A DNA stretch of 64,000 nucleotides from an uncultured archaeon (GTDB lineage Archaea; Aenigmatarchaeota; Aenigmatarchaeia; Aenigmatarchaeales; JAHLMS01). Below are positions 55,049-64,000 of the stretch, piece by piece. The notes under the pieces were generated by a model. The model saw only the letters and a program-made list of their open reading frames with translations, was not told the origin of the DNA and ran no database searches. The DNA is taken from contig CAYGWB010000005.1 in NCBI GenBank assembly GCA_964353775.1, positions 66,690 through 130,689 on the forward strand, read 5' to 3'. The translations under genes were made by a program, and so were the position numbers. Position 1 is the first letter of the stretch. Each line of letters opens with the position of its first letter.

Positions 55049-57379
55049 ATGCCCTTGCGATATGTGGAAAGTTCGAGCATTTTCAACCAGCGCGACATGC
55101 CCTATGTCGGCGGCAAGGCGGCACATCTTGCCGAACTGATAAAGGCTGGCTTTCCTGTCCCTGAATGTTTCTTCATAACAGTCGAAGCTTACAAGAAATT
55201 CATAGAAGCGAACGGCCTGCGCAAGCCGATAATGGACATACTGGCCAAGATGGATTATAGCAGCCCGGACTCGCTTAACGCGGCTTCAAAACGCATAAAG
55301 ACCCTGGTCGAGCAGTCGCGCATGCCGCTGATAATCAGGGACGCAATACTCAAGTTCTATCGCGAACTAGGAGGCGCGCCGAATCTCACGATAGATTTCG
55401 TCAAGGCGGGACAGCAGCTACCGTTCGTCGCCGTTCGCAGCTCTGCCGTGATTGAGGACATATCAAAGACTTCAAGCGCCGGCCAGCAGGAGACCTACCT
55501 GAACATTCGCGGCGACGACGCGCTAATTTCCGCCGTCCAGGCCTGTTGGGCCTCGCTCTACACAGCAAGGGCGGTCTATTACAGGCATGCCCACGACCAA
55601 CCTCAGGACACGAGCATATGTGTCATAGTTCAGCGCATGATCAACAGTGAGACCTCGGGCATATCGTTCACGGTCGACCCGACAGCTCCGATAGACGGTG
55701 CTAACAAAATAATAAACGAGGCGAGCTGGGGCCTTGGCGAAACGATAGTCCAGGGCCAGGTCGATCCTGACCACTACGTGGTCGACAAGACGACCGGACA
55801 GATATTGAGCAAGACCATAGGCAGCAAGAAGATGATGCGCATCCGCGATAGTACGAGCGGCAACACGGTCGTACGCGACGTACCGCCTGAACGGACGGCC
55901 GCTCAGGTGCTCAGCGACGAACAGATAGTCACCTTGTCCGCATACTCTAAACGAATCGAGCAATTATACAACGGACAGCCTCAGAACGTGGAATGGGCCA
56001 CTGAACGCGGAAAGCTCTACATACTGCAGACGCGTGCAGTGACCGTGCTCGCAAGCAAGGAGATGACTGGACAGACGCCAACGGGCACTGAGCTCTTGAA
56101 AGGCGTGGGCGCCAGCCCTGGAATAGCGACCGGCACAGTAAGAATAATCCGAGACCTCTCCGAGCTCGGCAAGATCGGAGCCGGTGACGTCCTGGTCACG
56201 ATAATGACCAGCCCGGACATGGTGATTGCGATGGAAAAATCGGCCGCGATCGTTACCGATCAGGGCGGCAAGACATGCCAAGCCGCCATCGTAAGCAGAG
56301 AACTCGGAATACCGGCAATAATAGGAACGATGAATTCTACGCAAGTGCTAAAGGACGGCCAGCGCGTCACGGTCGACGCTGTCCATGGGATAATATATTC
56401 GGACGAACCTGTCGCGCCAGCTGTGCAGGAATTATCAGCCGTCCCAGTTCCAATAGCTCCTCCGACAGAAACACATTCTATTTCGCCTATCGATATAACA
56501 GCGACAGAGATCAAGGTCAATGTGGCTTTCTCGGACACGGCTGAACGCGTGGCTGCAAAGGCAGACGGCGTCGGACTGATGCGGCTCGAGCATCTGTTGA
56601 CAAAGGCAGGCATGCACCCGTTTGAATACATAAGGCAGGGCCGAAGCGAAGAACTTGCGAAAATTATAGCAGAAGGCGTCGGCGCTGTAGCAAGATCGTT
56701 CGCACCGAAACCTGTTTGGGTGCGCACATTGGATGCGCGAACGGACGAGTTCAGGCACATGTCGGGCGGCGACAAGGAGCCGACTGAAACCAATCCCATG
56801 CTTGGCTGGCACGGAATACGCCGTGATCTTGACGACTCCGAACTGCTAAAGGCGCAACTGAACGCCTTCAAGCAGCTCCACGAACAGGGCCTGACGAACG
56901 TCGCTGTCATGATACCATTCACGATAAATGTGGAAGAGCTGCGAAAAGCTAAGGCGGTCGCCAAGGAAATCGGCGCGCCGGATACGTTGAAGTTCGGGAT
57001 AATGGTCGAGACCCCGGCCGCCGCCCTCTCAATCGAGGACTATTGCAAGGAGGGCATCGCCTTCGTTTCCTTCGGTTCAAACGACCTGTGCCAGCTGACG
57101 CTCGGCATCGACCGCAACAATGAACGCCTGATAAAAATGTTCGACGAGATGCATCCCGGTATGCAGTACCAGTTCAAGAGCGTAATCAAAACGTGCAAGA
57201 GGTACGGCGTGAAGACGAGCATATGCGGCGAGGCACCGTCCAACCGCCGCGATATCGTTGACTTCCTCATACATACCGGCATCGATTCGCTTTCCGTCAA
57301 CATGGACGCCATAGACAAGGTGCGCGGATGGACGATTGCGACCGAACGCCGAATACTGCTGGACAAAATGCGCAGGTAA
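55049..57379 (+). CDS. ppsA: PEP synthase (pyruvate, water dikinase) paralog 1, with Gln at the phosphohistidine position
   Basis: Full three-domain architecture (ATP-grasp N-domain, swivel domain, PEP-utilising TIM barrel with ICGEAPS). The swivel motif reads GGKTCQAAIVSRELGIP. Confidence 0.85.
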   Translation: MPLRYVESSSIFNQRDMPYVGGKAAHLAELIKAGFPVPECFFITVEAYKKFIEANGLRKPIMDILAKMDYSSPDSLNAASKRIKTLVEQSRMPLIIRDAILKFYRELGGAPNLTIDFVKAGQQLPFVAVRSSAVIEDISKTSSAGQQETYLNIRGDDALISAVQACWASLYTARAVYYRHAHDQPQDTSICVIVQRMINSETSGISFTVDPTAPIDGANKIINEASWGLGETIVQGQVDPDHYVVDKTTGQILSKTIGSKKMMRIRDSTSGNTVVRDVPPERTAAQVLSDEQIVTLSAYSKRIEQLYNGQPQNVEWATERGKLYILQTRAVTVLASKEMTGQTPTGTELLKGVGASPGIATGTVRIIRDLSELGKIGAGDVLVTIMTSPDMVIAMEKSAAIVTDQGGKTCQAAIVSRELGIPAIIGTMNSTQVLKDGQRVTVDAVHGIIYSDEPVAPAVQELSAVPVPIAPPTETHSISPIDITATEIKVNVAFSDTAERVAAKADGVGLMRLEHLLTKAGMHPFEYIRQGRSEELAKIIAEGVGAVARSFAPKPVWVRTLDARTDEFRHMSGGDKEPTETNPMLGWHGIRRDLDDSELLKAQLNAFKQLHEQGLTNVAVMIPFTINVEELRKAKAVAKEIGAPDTLKFGIMVETPAAALSIEDYCKEGIAFVSFGSNDLCQLTLGIDRNNERLIKMFDEMHPGMQYQFKSVIKTCKRYGVKTSICGEAPSNRRDIVDFLIHTGIDSLSVNMDAIDKVRGWTIATERRILLDKMRR

Positions 57380-57383
57380 TTGG

Positions 57384-58154
57384 ATGAAATTCTTAAACCG
57401 GACTCAGGAGAAGCAGAAGGTAGCAACGCCCGTCACAAACCTTCTGATATGCAGCATAATAGCGGTCTACATCGTCGAGCTGCTCTGGCAGTACATGTAC
57501 GGTGCGGGGGCCGTCGAATCGGCCTTCAGCTCGTTCGGATTTTCTCTGAATGCTCTGCTGGCCGGCGGATGGTGGACATTCATAACTTCATCTTTCCTTC
57601 ATGCCAGTCCTGACCACATAATTTTGAACGCGCTCGCGCTGTTCTTCTTCGGCAAGGCGGCCGAATCGGAGCTTGGCGGCAAGCGAATGTCCATACTTTA
57701 TTTTGGAGCGGCAATAGCCGGCAACCTGGCAGTGCTCGCTGCAACTTTCATGGGAATAATGCCGCCTGACGTCCCAACGGTCGGCGCATCCGCCGCCATC
57801 TTCGGGATCATGGGCGCGGCCATGCTCATCAAGCCGTTCGAGTTCGTTTTCTATCCGTACCTGATACCGATACCGTTGATAATCGTCGCCATGCTGTACA
57901 CTCTGTTCAACATCGCCGAGTTCATTGCCGTCCTGGCTGCAGGCGCTGAAACGAACATAGCCTATGCGGCCCACTTGGGAGGTCTGGCTGTCGGCATGCT
58001 CGCGGGCTTCAAGATCGAGGGTTCGAAACGCGGCTTCATGGTGCTGTTGCTGATGTTCGGCCTACTGCTGGTGATACCCCTGGTTTGGGGTCTGTTCTCC
58101 GGATTGGAAATATTCAACTGGGTGACCGCGCTGGGCAAGGCGTTCACTCCTTAG
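57384..58154 (+). CDS. rhomboid-family intramembrane serine protease
   Basis: Six or more TM helices. Catalytic GASAAIFG (Ser) and AHLGGLAVG (His). Start set at ATG 57384, 5 nt after the ppsA stop. Confidence 0.8.
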   Translation: MKFLNRTQEKQKVATPVTNLLICSIIAVYIVELLWQYMYGAGAVESAFSSFGFSLNALLAGGWWTFITSSFLHASPDHIILNALALFFFGKAAESELGGKRMSILYFGAAIAGNLAVLAATFMGIMPPDVPTVGASAAIFGIMGAAMLIKPFEFVFYPYLIPIPLIIVAMLYTLFNIAEFIAVLAAGAETNIAYAAHLGGLAVGMLAGFKIEGSKRGFMVLLLMFGLLLVIPLVWGLFSGLEIFNWVTALGKAFTP

Positions 58155-58186
58155 GTTTTAAATAGTTCGGCGAACGCAAGCTGATT

Positions 58187-59047
58187 ATGCGAACTTTGAT
58201 ACAGGTTCCTGAAGGGCTGAAACGGAAAGCGCTCGAGATCGCAGATAAGAATGATGACGCGATAATCTCGGCCGAGGCCTGCTATGGCGGATGCGACCTG
58301 CGTGACCGAGAAGCGGAGCTGCTCGGTTGCAAAAAGATTGTACACGTAGGCCACACGAAATTTTTGGAAGGGCGTTTGCCTGTCGATTATGTTGACCACA
58401 AGACGGATGTCGATGCAGTCCGGATACTTGCCGACAATATCGGATGTCTCAAGAACTACAAGAACGTCGGTCTTGTTGCCAGCCTGCAGTTCATAGACAG
58501 CGTCGGTGCTGTCAAGTCAGCGCTTGAAAAGAACGGCAAGCGCGCTTTTGTCGGCCGGGGCAAGAACATGATGCCCGGACAGATACTCGGCTGCAACGTC
58601 GGTGCGGCCAAAGGCGTTGAGAAGGACGTCGATTGCTTCCTTCTGATCGGTTCTGGCAAGTTCCACGCGCTCGGCCTTGCGTTGGCGACCGAAAAGCCGA
58701 TATTGATACTTGATGTCGAAAAAAATAATATCGGTAACGTGGAATCGCTGAAGCAGACGATGCTCAAACAGAAGTTCGTGGCAATGGCGCTCGCGAAGGA
58801 CGCGCAAAAAATCGGGATACTGATATCTACAAAACCCGGGCAGATGAACGTCGAGCTCGCCGAACAGATGAAAAAGAAGGTGGAGTCCGCAGGAAAGAAG
58901 GCGTATCTTCTTTCAATGGACGAGATAACTCCGGCCAAGCTCGTCGGCTTCGGCTTCGACGCCTACATATGCACGGCCTGTCCTCGCATAGCTATCGAAA
59001 ACAGGACCGCATTCGGCAAGCCTATACTTAACCCGGACGAGTTCTAG
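58187..59047 (+). CDS. dph2: diphthamide synthesis protein Dph2 (2-(3-amino-3-carboxypropyl)histidine synthase)
   Basis: Family pattern LIQVPEGLKRKALEIA...EACYGGCDL...IVHVGHT and a C-terminal CTACPRIA. Confidence 0.8.
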   Translation: MRTLIQVPEGLKRKALEIADKNDDAIISAEACYGGCDLRDREAELLGCKKIVHVGHTKFLEGRLPVDYVDHKTDVDAVRILADNIGCLKNYKNVGLVASLQFIDSVGAVKSALEKNGKRAFVGRGKNMMPGQILGCNVGAAKGVEKDVDCFLLIGSGKFHALGLALATEKPILILDVEKNNIGNVESLKQTMLKQKFVAMALAKDAQKIGILISTKPGQMNVELAEQMKKKVESAGKKAYLLSMDEITPAKLVGFGFDAYICTACPRIAIENRTAFGKPILNPDEF

Positions 59048-59529
59048 CGAACCGTGCAGTAGCCGTCTATGCAGTCACATGCCGTGTAGTTGTTCACGCT
59101 GATGAGCGAGCCCGGATGGGATGGCGATGCGCAGTTCAAGTTCCCGTACCTTTCCATCATAACGGCGTTCAGACACTGCCTGCTCGTCTCTCCGGCGCAG
59201 TAGGTCACGTAGCAGTTGGTGCGCTGAGTACACGTATTGTTGTACTCGGGCATTACCTCTGATTCGCAACTGACCCATTCCTTGTATTCGGCACATGTGA
59301 AGTTCGAAGTTGCATTGCAATAGTAGTTCGTCCTGAACCTTGTTGCATTGATGTATTGGCATGTGCTCCAATCGCCTGAAGGGTTGCACTGCGGGCATTG
59401 CGATCCGGTGACTTCTCCGCCGAGCGTTCCGTTAGGAGTGCCTGTCTTATCGCCCTGGGCTGCACAACCGGCGATAAGAACGATCGCCAGCAGCGCGATG
59501 ATTAACTTTTGCATGCAATCTATTTGCAC
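59044..59529 (-). CDS. secreted Cys-rich lipoprotein, unknown function
   Basis: Signal peptide with lipobox LIAGC. 18 Cys in the mature part. N-x-S/T sites. Confidence 0.55.
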   Translation of the reverse strand: MQIDCMQKLIIALLAIVLIAGCAAQGDKTGTPNGTLGGEVTGSQCPQCNPSGDWSTCQYINATRFRTNYYCNATSNFTCAEYKEWVSCESEVMPEYNNTCTQRTNCYVTYCAGETSRQCLNAVMMERYGNLNCASPSHPGSLISVNNYTACDCIDGYCTVR

Positions 59530-59586
59530 GGGCGGGTTAAAAAGCTAACAGCAAGCTTTAAGAACTTCTTAGCCGATGCTAAAGAC

Positions 59587-59853
59587 ATGGAACTGCGACT
59601 TGTAAAAGAAGCGAAGGGAAAAGCTGAGATTGAGGTGCGCGGCGAGACCGCAACTCTGACCGGTCTCATAGCCGATACGGCAATGGCTGACGGTACGGAT
59701 GCGGCGGCTGTCCATGAGCACCCTTTTATGACCGAACCGAAGATAGTCGTTGCCAGCAGCAACCCTTTCAAAGCATTGGAGAAGGCTGCCGACAACGTTT
59801 CCGAACAGTTGTCGGATTTCAAGAAGGCATTTGAAGCCGCCGCAAAGAAGTAA
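59587..59853 (+). CDS. rpoL: DNA-directed RNA polymerase subunit L (Rpo11)
   Basis: 88 aa from the internal ATG. The pattern MELRLVKEAKGKAEIEVRGETATLTGLI...HEHPFMTEPKIVV matches RpoL. Confidence 0.7.
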   Translation: MELRLVKEAKGKAEIEVRGETATLTGLIADTAMADGTDAAAVHEHPFMTEPKIVVASSNPFKALEKAADNVSEQLSDFKKAFEAAAKK

Positions 59854-59878
59854 CTTATCTTTCATCACCATTCTAATT

Positions 59879-60469
59879 ATGCACTTCCGCACTGTGAAGA
59901 GCGAAATACGCATTCTCGCCTGGGATGACGGACCTTTCGAACATGAATCAAAAGGCACTGTTCCGTTGATAGGTACCATATTCCGCGGCAGCCGGTTGCT
60001 GGACGGGCTGCTTAAAGTCGATATAAATGTCGATGGTACGGATGCCGAAGAAAAGATTATCCAAGCGACTGTCAAAACCAAACATCGCGGACAAGTGCGC
60101 GTGCTGATGCTGGACGGAATAACTTTTGGCGGCTTCAACACTGTGAACATCAGAAACATAAACAGGCGTACGGGACTGCCTGTGATAGTCGTTCTCAGGA
60201 GCAAGCCGGACTTCAAGGCTTTCGGCGAGGCTGCGAAGAAGCTTTCGCATTCTTCCGAACGTTTGGCATGCATGGAAGCGGCCGGAGAGGTCTATCATGC
60301 GGCGGTTGAGGGCGGACGCATCGCCTTCCAGAAGGCCGGCATAGAACCTTCCGACGCCGAGAGTATAATACGGACATCGACCATAATCGGCAACGTTCCG
60401 GAGCCTCTCCGCGCAGCTCATCTGATAGCGACCGGAATCGTGCGCGGCGAATCAATAGGACGTGCTTAA
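59879..60469 (+). CDS. DUF99/UPF0215 (endonuclease V-like fold) protein
   Basis: ILAWDDGPF...VDGTDA...VLMLDGITFGGFN...GLPVIVV family pattern. Start set at ATG 59879. Confidence 0.75.
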   Translation: MHFRTVKSEIRILAWDDGPFEHESKGTVPLIGTIFRGSRLLDGLLKVDINVDGTDAEEKIIQATVKTKHRGQVRVLMLDGITFGGFNTVNIRNINRRTGLPVIVVLRSKPDFKAFGEAAKKLSHSSERLACMEAAGEVYHAAVEGGRIAFQKAGIEPSDAESIIRTSTIIGNVPEPLRAAHLIATGIVRGESIGRA

Positions 60470-60500
60470 GTTTTTAAGTCCACAAACGGCAAGTGTTGGC

Positions 60501-60950
60501 ATGCGAATGTCAAAGCTGAAAAAGAAATGGGACAAGCTGACTGCGGGCTGGGCCGGTTCGATAGTCTACATCATTCTCGGCTTTGTCATAGCGTTCGGCG
60601 TTAACACCGGTCTGGGAATAACTCTGCACACAGACACGCCTGTCGTCGCCGTGTTCTCGGACAGCATGGTGCCGACCCTGCTGAAGGGCGACATGATAAT
60701 CGTATATGGCGATAAGAACGTTAGCCAGGGCGACATAATAGTTTTCGACGTCCCTAACTTCCGTTATCCCATAATCCACAGGATATACAACATGACCGAC
60801 GGAACGATCCAGACGAAGGGCGACAACAATCAGTACGTCGATCCTTGGACGATCGATGTGAAAAGCATACACGGAAAGGCCGGTTTCCGCGTTCCTTTGT
60901 TGGGCTGGGTAAAGATATTGTTTGTTTCGGCAATCAGCGGCTTCAGATAA
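60501..60950 (+). CDS. signal peptidase I (archaeal Sec11/S26B type), paralog 2
   Basis: TM helix, Ser box SDSMVPT, His box IIHRI, GDNN box. Start set at ATG 60501 (GTG 60462 is possible). Confidence 0.75.
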   Translation: MRMSKLKKKWDKLTAGWAGSIVYIILGFVIAFGVNTGLGITLHTDTPVVAVFSDSMVPTLLKGDMIIVYGDKNVSQGDIIVFDVPNFRYPIIHRIYNMTDGTIQTKGDNNQYVDPWTIDVKSIHGKAGFRVPLLGWVKILFVSAISGFR

Positions 60951-60994
60951 TTTTAAATAGGTGTTGCCCACCTAACCTAAAGACCTGTGATTCA

Positions 60995-61330
60995 ATGGAA
61001 TTCTGCGAAAAATGCGGCACCGTCCTGATGTCCCAGCGAAAGGGCAGCAAAGTCATACTAGTATGTCGGAAAGGTCACACGTGCTCGGCAAATAAAATAT
61101 CGTCGAAGGAATTCAAGCTGACCATGACCGTCCCGAAGGCCGCGAACGAAGTGGTGGTCGTTGAGAAGAAGTCGAAGTTCGAGGTCCTGCCCAAGACGAC
61201 CGCCTCCTGTCCGAAGTGCGAGAACACGGAAGCGTACTGGTGGATGCAGCAGTTGCGCTCGGCTGACGAGCCTCCGACCAGGTTCTTCCGCTGCACGAAG
61301 TGTGGAAACGTCTGGCGAGAATACGAGTAG
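60995..61330 (+). CDS. tfs: transcription factor S (TFIIS-type cleavage factor)
   Basis: N-terminal ribbon CEKCG...CRKGH. C-terminal TFIIS ribbon CPKCENTEAYWWMQQLRSADEPPTRFFRCTKCG with the acidic DE hairpin. Confidence 0.85.
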   Translation: MEFCEKCGTVLMSQRKGSKVILVCRKGHTCSANKISSKEFKLTMTVPKAANEVVVVEKKSKFEVLPKTTASCPKCENTEAYWWMQQLRSADEPPTRFFRCTKCGNVWREYE

Positions 61331-61430
61331 CTATGTCCTTTTTAAACTCCGCTTCCGAACTATGTCAAATACGAAAACCGGCATTAAGGGCTCGTGCTCT
61401 TTCTGCCTTGCGGCCGATTAACCAAGGCCG

Positions 61431-62711
61431 ATGATGAAAATGAAATTCGAAGAACTAGGACTGAAACCAGAGCTGCTGAAAGCCATAGCCGAGGCTGGCT
61501 GGGCCAACACGTTCCCTATACAGGAAAAGACCATACCACCTACCATGAAAGGTCTTGATGTTGTAGGACGCGCACAGTCTGGCAGCGGCAAGACCGGCGC
61601 TTTCCTTTTGCCGATTCTGCAGAAGATCGAACCGAAAGGGCTGCAAGCGCTTATCTTGGCACCTACACGCGAACTGGCTGTACAGATCGCCGAGGACGCT
61701 AAACAGCTTGGCAAGCATATCGCTATTCGAGTCGTCCCTGTCTATGGCGGTCGCTCCATAGACCAGCAGGCCCGCGCCATACAGAACGCACAGATAGTTG
61801 TCGGTACGCCTGGCCGAATAATCGACCACATCCAAAGGGGCAATCTCAAATTAGGTTCAATTCGCATCCTCGTACTGGACGAGGCCGACCGCATGCTGGA
61901 CATGGGCTTCATCGATGACACGGAATGGATAATCAGGCAGACGCCGACCAAGCGCCAGACGATGCTTTTCTCCGCAACAATTTCAGATGAGATAAAAAAC
62001 ATGATAAACAGGTACATGAAACAGCCTGTTCTTGTCGAACTGAACATAGAGAGGCCGGCGGCCGAGAACGTAAAACAGGTCGTCTGGATGGTCAAACAGA
62101 ACGACCGGTTGGCCGCACTAAGGCACATCTTGGACATTGAAAAACCCAAGTCCGTGATAATATTTTGCGCGACAAAGCGCGGTGCAGATCGCCTGTACCG
62201 CGAACTTGGCAGGCAGTACAACATCGCTGTGATTCACGGCGATCTCTCTCAGTCGCAACGAGAATCAGTCCTGGAGAGCTTCCGTTCAGGTAGGACCACT
62301 TATCTTATCGCGACTGACGTAGCGGCGCGCGGCCTGGACATCGACAATGTCAGCCACGTGATAAACTTCGAGCTACCGAACGACGTCGACACATACATAC
62401 ACAGGATAGGCAGAAGCGGCCGGGCAGGCAAATCCGGTACTGCCATCTCACTGGTCACGGAGGCCGAAGCGACAGAATTCGGTCGGATAGAATTCACTGT
62501 CAAGATCAAATCGGAGAAGCACAGGTTCGAGTCGGGCAAGCTTTTGCCTGTGCATCCGGAGGAGTTCGGAGCCCATCGGGCAATAATCCCTGTTTGGACA
62601 AGGCGAGAGCGCGGCAGGCGGGGCAGACCAAGCAGGCCGATAAGCCAGTCTGGCGGCCAAAGAAGGCATGGACCGAGACCGGGCGGACGCAGGTTCAGCC
62701 GCCACTATTAA
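61431..62711 (+). CDS. DEAD-box ATP-dependent RNA helicase
   Basis: Q motif (F...TFPIQ), AQSGSGKT, PTRELA, DEAD, SAT, HRIGRSGRAG. Arg/Gly-rich C-terminal tail. Confidence 0.9.
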   Translation: MMKMKFEELGLKPELLKAIAEAGWANTFPIQEKTIPPTMKGLDVVGRAQSGSGKTGAFLLPILQKIEPKGLQALILAPTRELAVQIAEDAKQLGKHIAIRVVPVYGGRSIDQQARAIQNAQIVVGTPGRIIDHIQRGNLKLGSIRILVLDEADRMLDMGFIDDTEWIIRQTPTKRQTMLFSATISDEIKNMINRYMKQPVLVELNIERPAAENVKQVVWMVKQNDRLAALRHILDIEKPKSVIIFCATKRGADRLYRELGRQYNIAVIHGDLSQSQRESVLESFRSGRTTYLIATDVAARGLDIDNVSHVINFELPNDVDTYIHRIGRSGRAGKSGTAISLVTEAEATEFGRIEFTVKIKSEKHRFESGKLLPVHPEEFGAHRAIIPVWTRRERGRRGRPSRPISQSGGQRRHGPRPGGRRFSRHY

Positions 62712-62749
62712 AGATAAACCTTTTTAATCAGCTTCGGCATCTATTTTGC

Positions 62750-64000
62750 ATGCTTAAGCCAGAGATTGACAAGTCTCGTACGCATATTCTGTGGTTCGAA
62801 CAGCTAAGGAAAGAAGACACAAATTATGCCGGCGGAAAGAACGCCAACCTTGGCGAGCTGACGTCTGCAAAAATACCGGTGCCGCCTGGCTTCGCGATAA
62901 CAGCATCTGCCTATCGCCACTTCATCTCGTTCAACAAGCTCGAGCAGCTGATCACTGGCGAGCTGCGCAAGCTCATAGACCCGAACGACACGCGGACGCT
63001 CAGGCGCGTCGGCGCGACCATAAGACGTACGATAATGACCGCACGGATTCCGCCAGACCTTGAGAAGGAGATATTGGCGTCATATTATGATCTCGGCAAA
63101 AGTCTCGGAATACCGAACCCGTTCGTGGCCGTCCGTTCATCAGCGACAGCCGAGGATTTACCGGGCGCGTCGTTCGCCGGCCAACAGGAGACTTACTTGA
63201 ACGTTCGCGGTAACGTCGAACTACTGGACCGCATTCGCGCCTGCATCGCTTCGCTCTTCACGGACCGCGCGATATTCTATCGCGTCCAGAAAGGCTTCGC
63301 GCATGGCAGGATAGCGCTCTCTGTCGCTGTGCAGAAGATGGTCAACGCAAAGTCCGCCGGAGTCATGTTCACTATAGATCCAGCGACCGGAGATGACAGC
63401 AAGATCATAATAGAAGGTAATTGGGGACTCGGAGAGGCCGTTGTCTCCGGCTCCGTCACACCGGACCATTGGGTGATCGACAAGAAGACGATGAAAATAA
63501 TCGAACGCGATGTTGTTCTGAAATCTATCGAATATCTGCGCGACCCTGTGACCGGACATACTATACATTCGTCCGTTCCAGCTGACAGACAGAAGGTCCC
63601 TTGCATTTCTGACGAGGACATCAAAAAGCTGGCGCAATACGGACTCTTGATAGAGAAGCACTACGGAAACCACCAGGACATCGAATGGTCAATCGACCGA
63701 GAGCTGAAGTTCCCGCAATCGGTTTTCATCGTCCAGGCCAGACCAGAAACGGTCTGGGTCAAGAAAGAACGGGATTTCTCGATTTCCAAGGAGGTCGGCG
63801 TAACACCTCTTGTCAAAGGTCTGCCTGCCAGCCCGGGAACAGCCAGCGGGCCCATTAAAATAGTTCCGAAGGTTTCCGACATCGAACGCGTCTCGGCCGG
63901 TGACATCCTCATAACCAGGATGACGACGCCGGACTGGGTGCCTGCGATGAGAAAGGCCGCCGCAATCGTGACAGAAGAGGGCGGCACCACCTGTCATGCT
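62750..64000 (+). CDS. ppsA: PEP synthase (pyruvate, water dikinase) paralog 2, 3' end beyond window
   Basis: Absent from the ORF track because it has no stop inside the window. The frame is open from ATG 62750 to nt 64000 (417 codons). ATP-grasp N-domain (YAGGKNANLGEL), and the swivel motif begins EEGGTTCHA with His retained. Confidence 0.85.
   Translation, partial: MLKPEIDKSRTHILWFEQLRKEDTNYAGGKNANLGELTSAKIPVPPGFAITASAYRHFISFNKLEQLITGELRKLIDPNDTRTLRRVGATIRRTIMTARIPPDLEKEILASYYDLGKSLGIPNPFVAVRSSATAEDLPGASFAGQQETYLNVRGNVELLDRIRACIASLFTDRAIFYRVQKGFAHGRIALSVAVQKMVNAKSAGVMFTIDPATGDDSKIIIEGNWGLGEAVVSGSVTPDHWVIDKKTMKIIERDVVLKSIEYLRDPVTGHTIHSSVPADRQKVPCISDEDIKKLAQYGLLIEKHYGNHQDIEWSIDRELKFPQSVFIVQARPETVWVKKERDFSISKEVGVTPLVKGLPASPGTASGPIKIVPKVSDIERVSAGDILITRMTTPDWVPAMRKAAAIVTEEGGTTCHA

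Noticed and set aside
1-64000. A search for CRISPR arrays, IS elements with terminal inverted repeats, integrase or transposase genes, and rRNA.
   Set aside because: I saw no regularly spaced direct repeats, no DDE or tyrosine-recombinase motifs and no rRNA-like sequence. Both low-GC islands lack any recognisable mobility gene.

Overview
The window is a gene-dense archaeal chromosomal segment of about 70 genes. Many junctions are 4-nt ATGA/GTGA overlaps or short Shine-Dalgarno (SD)-containing spacers.

**Core genes recognised from motifs**
- Replication, transcription and translation: TBP, MCM, an RPA2-like OB-fold protein, aIF2-beta, RFC small and large subunits, TFS, RpoL, L40e, ABCE1, GatD/GatE, a DEAD-box helicase, YchF-like and DRG-like GTPases, and MtaB-like and Trm11-like tRNA modification enzymes.
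- Ether-lipid synthesis: G1P dehydrogenase, GGGP synthase and DGGGP synthase.
- Diphthamide synthesis: Dph2 and Dph6.
- Others: two PEP-synthase paralogs, two signal peptidase I paralogs, a rhomboid protease, and PAP2, NUDIX, HAD and MBL-fold hydrolases.
- RNA genes: one tRNA-Thr(GGU).
- I found no rRNA, CRISPR array, transposase or integrase.

The organism is an archaeon. A small-genome (DPANN-like) lineage is only an inference from compactness and truncated-looking proteins.

**Accessory and unusual content**
1. A roughly 3.1-kb low-GC six-gene operon (26.0-29.2 kb) sits against rfcS. Four of its proteins share a winged-helix-like module, one has a HEPN-like motif, and one is a 4-TM protein.
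2. A roughly 2.7-kb low-GC island follows tRNA-Thr and is bounded by an imperfect direct repeat of the tRNA 3' end. It carries a Cys-rich transglutaminase-like lipoprotein and a HEPN (Swt1-like) / DUF5343-like gene pair.
3. A roughly 14-kb same-strand block (35.2-49.1 kb) holds three cytoplasmic ORFans, an N-anchored 599-aa protein, a 2215-aa repeat-rich glycoprotein, a small TM protein, a HerA/FtsK-type ATPase and a NUDIX hydrolase.
4. One PEP-synthase paralog has Gln in place of the phosphocarrier His.

All functional calls come from reading motifs by eye. No database search was run.
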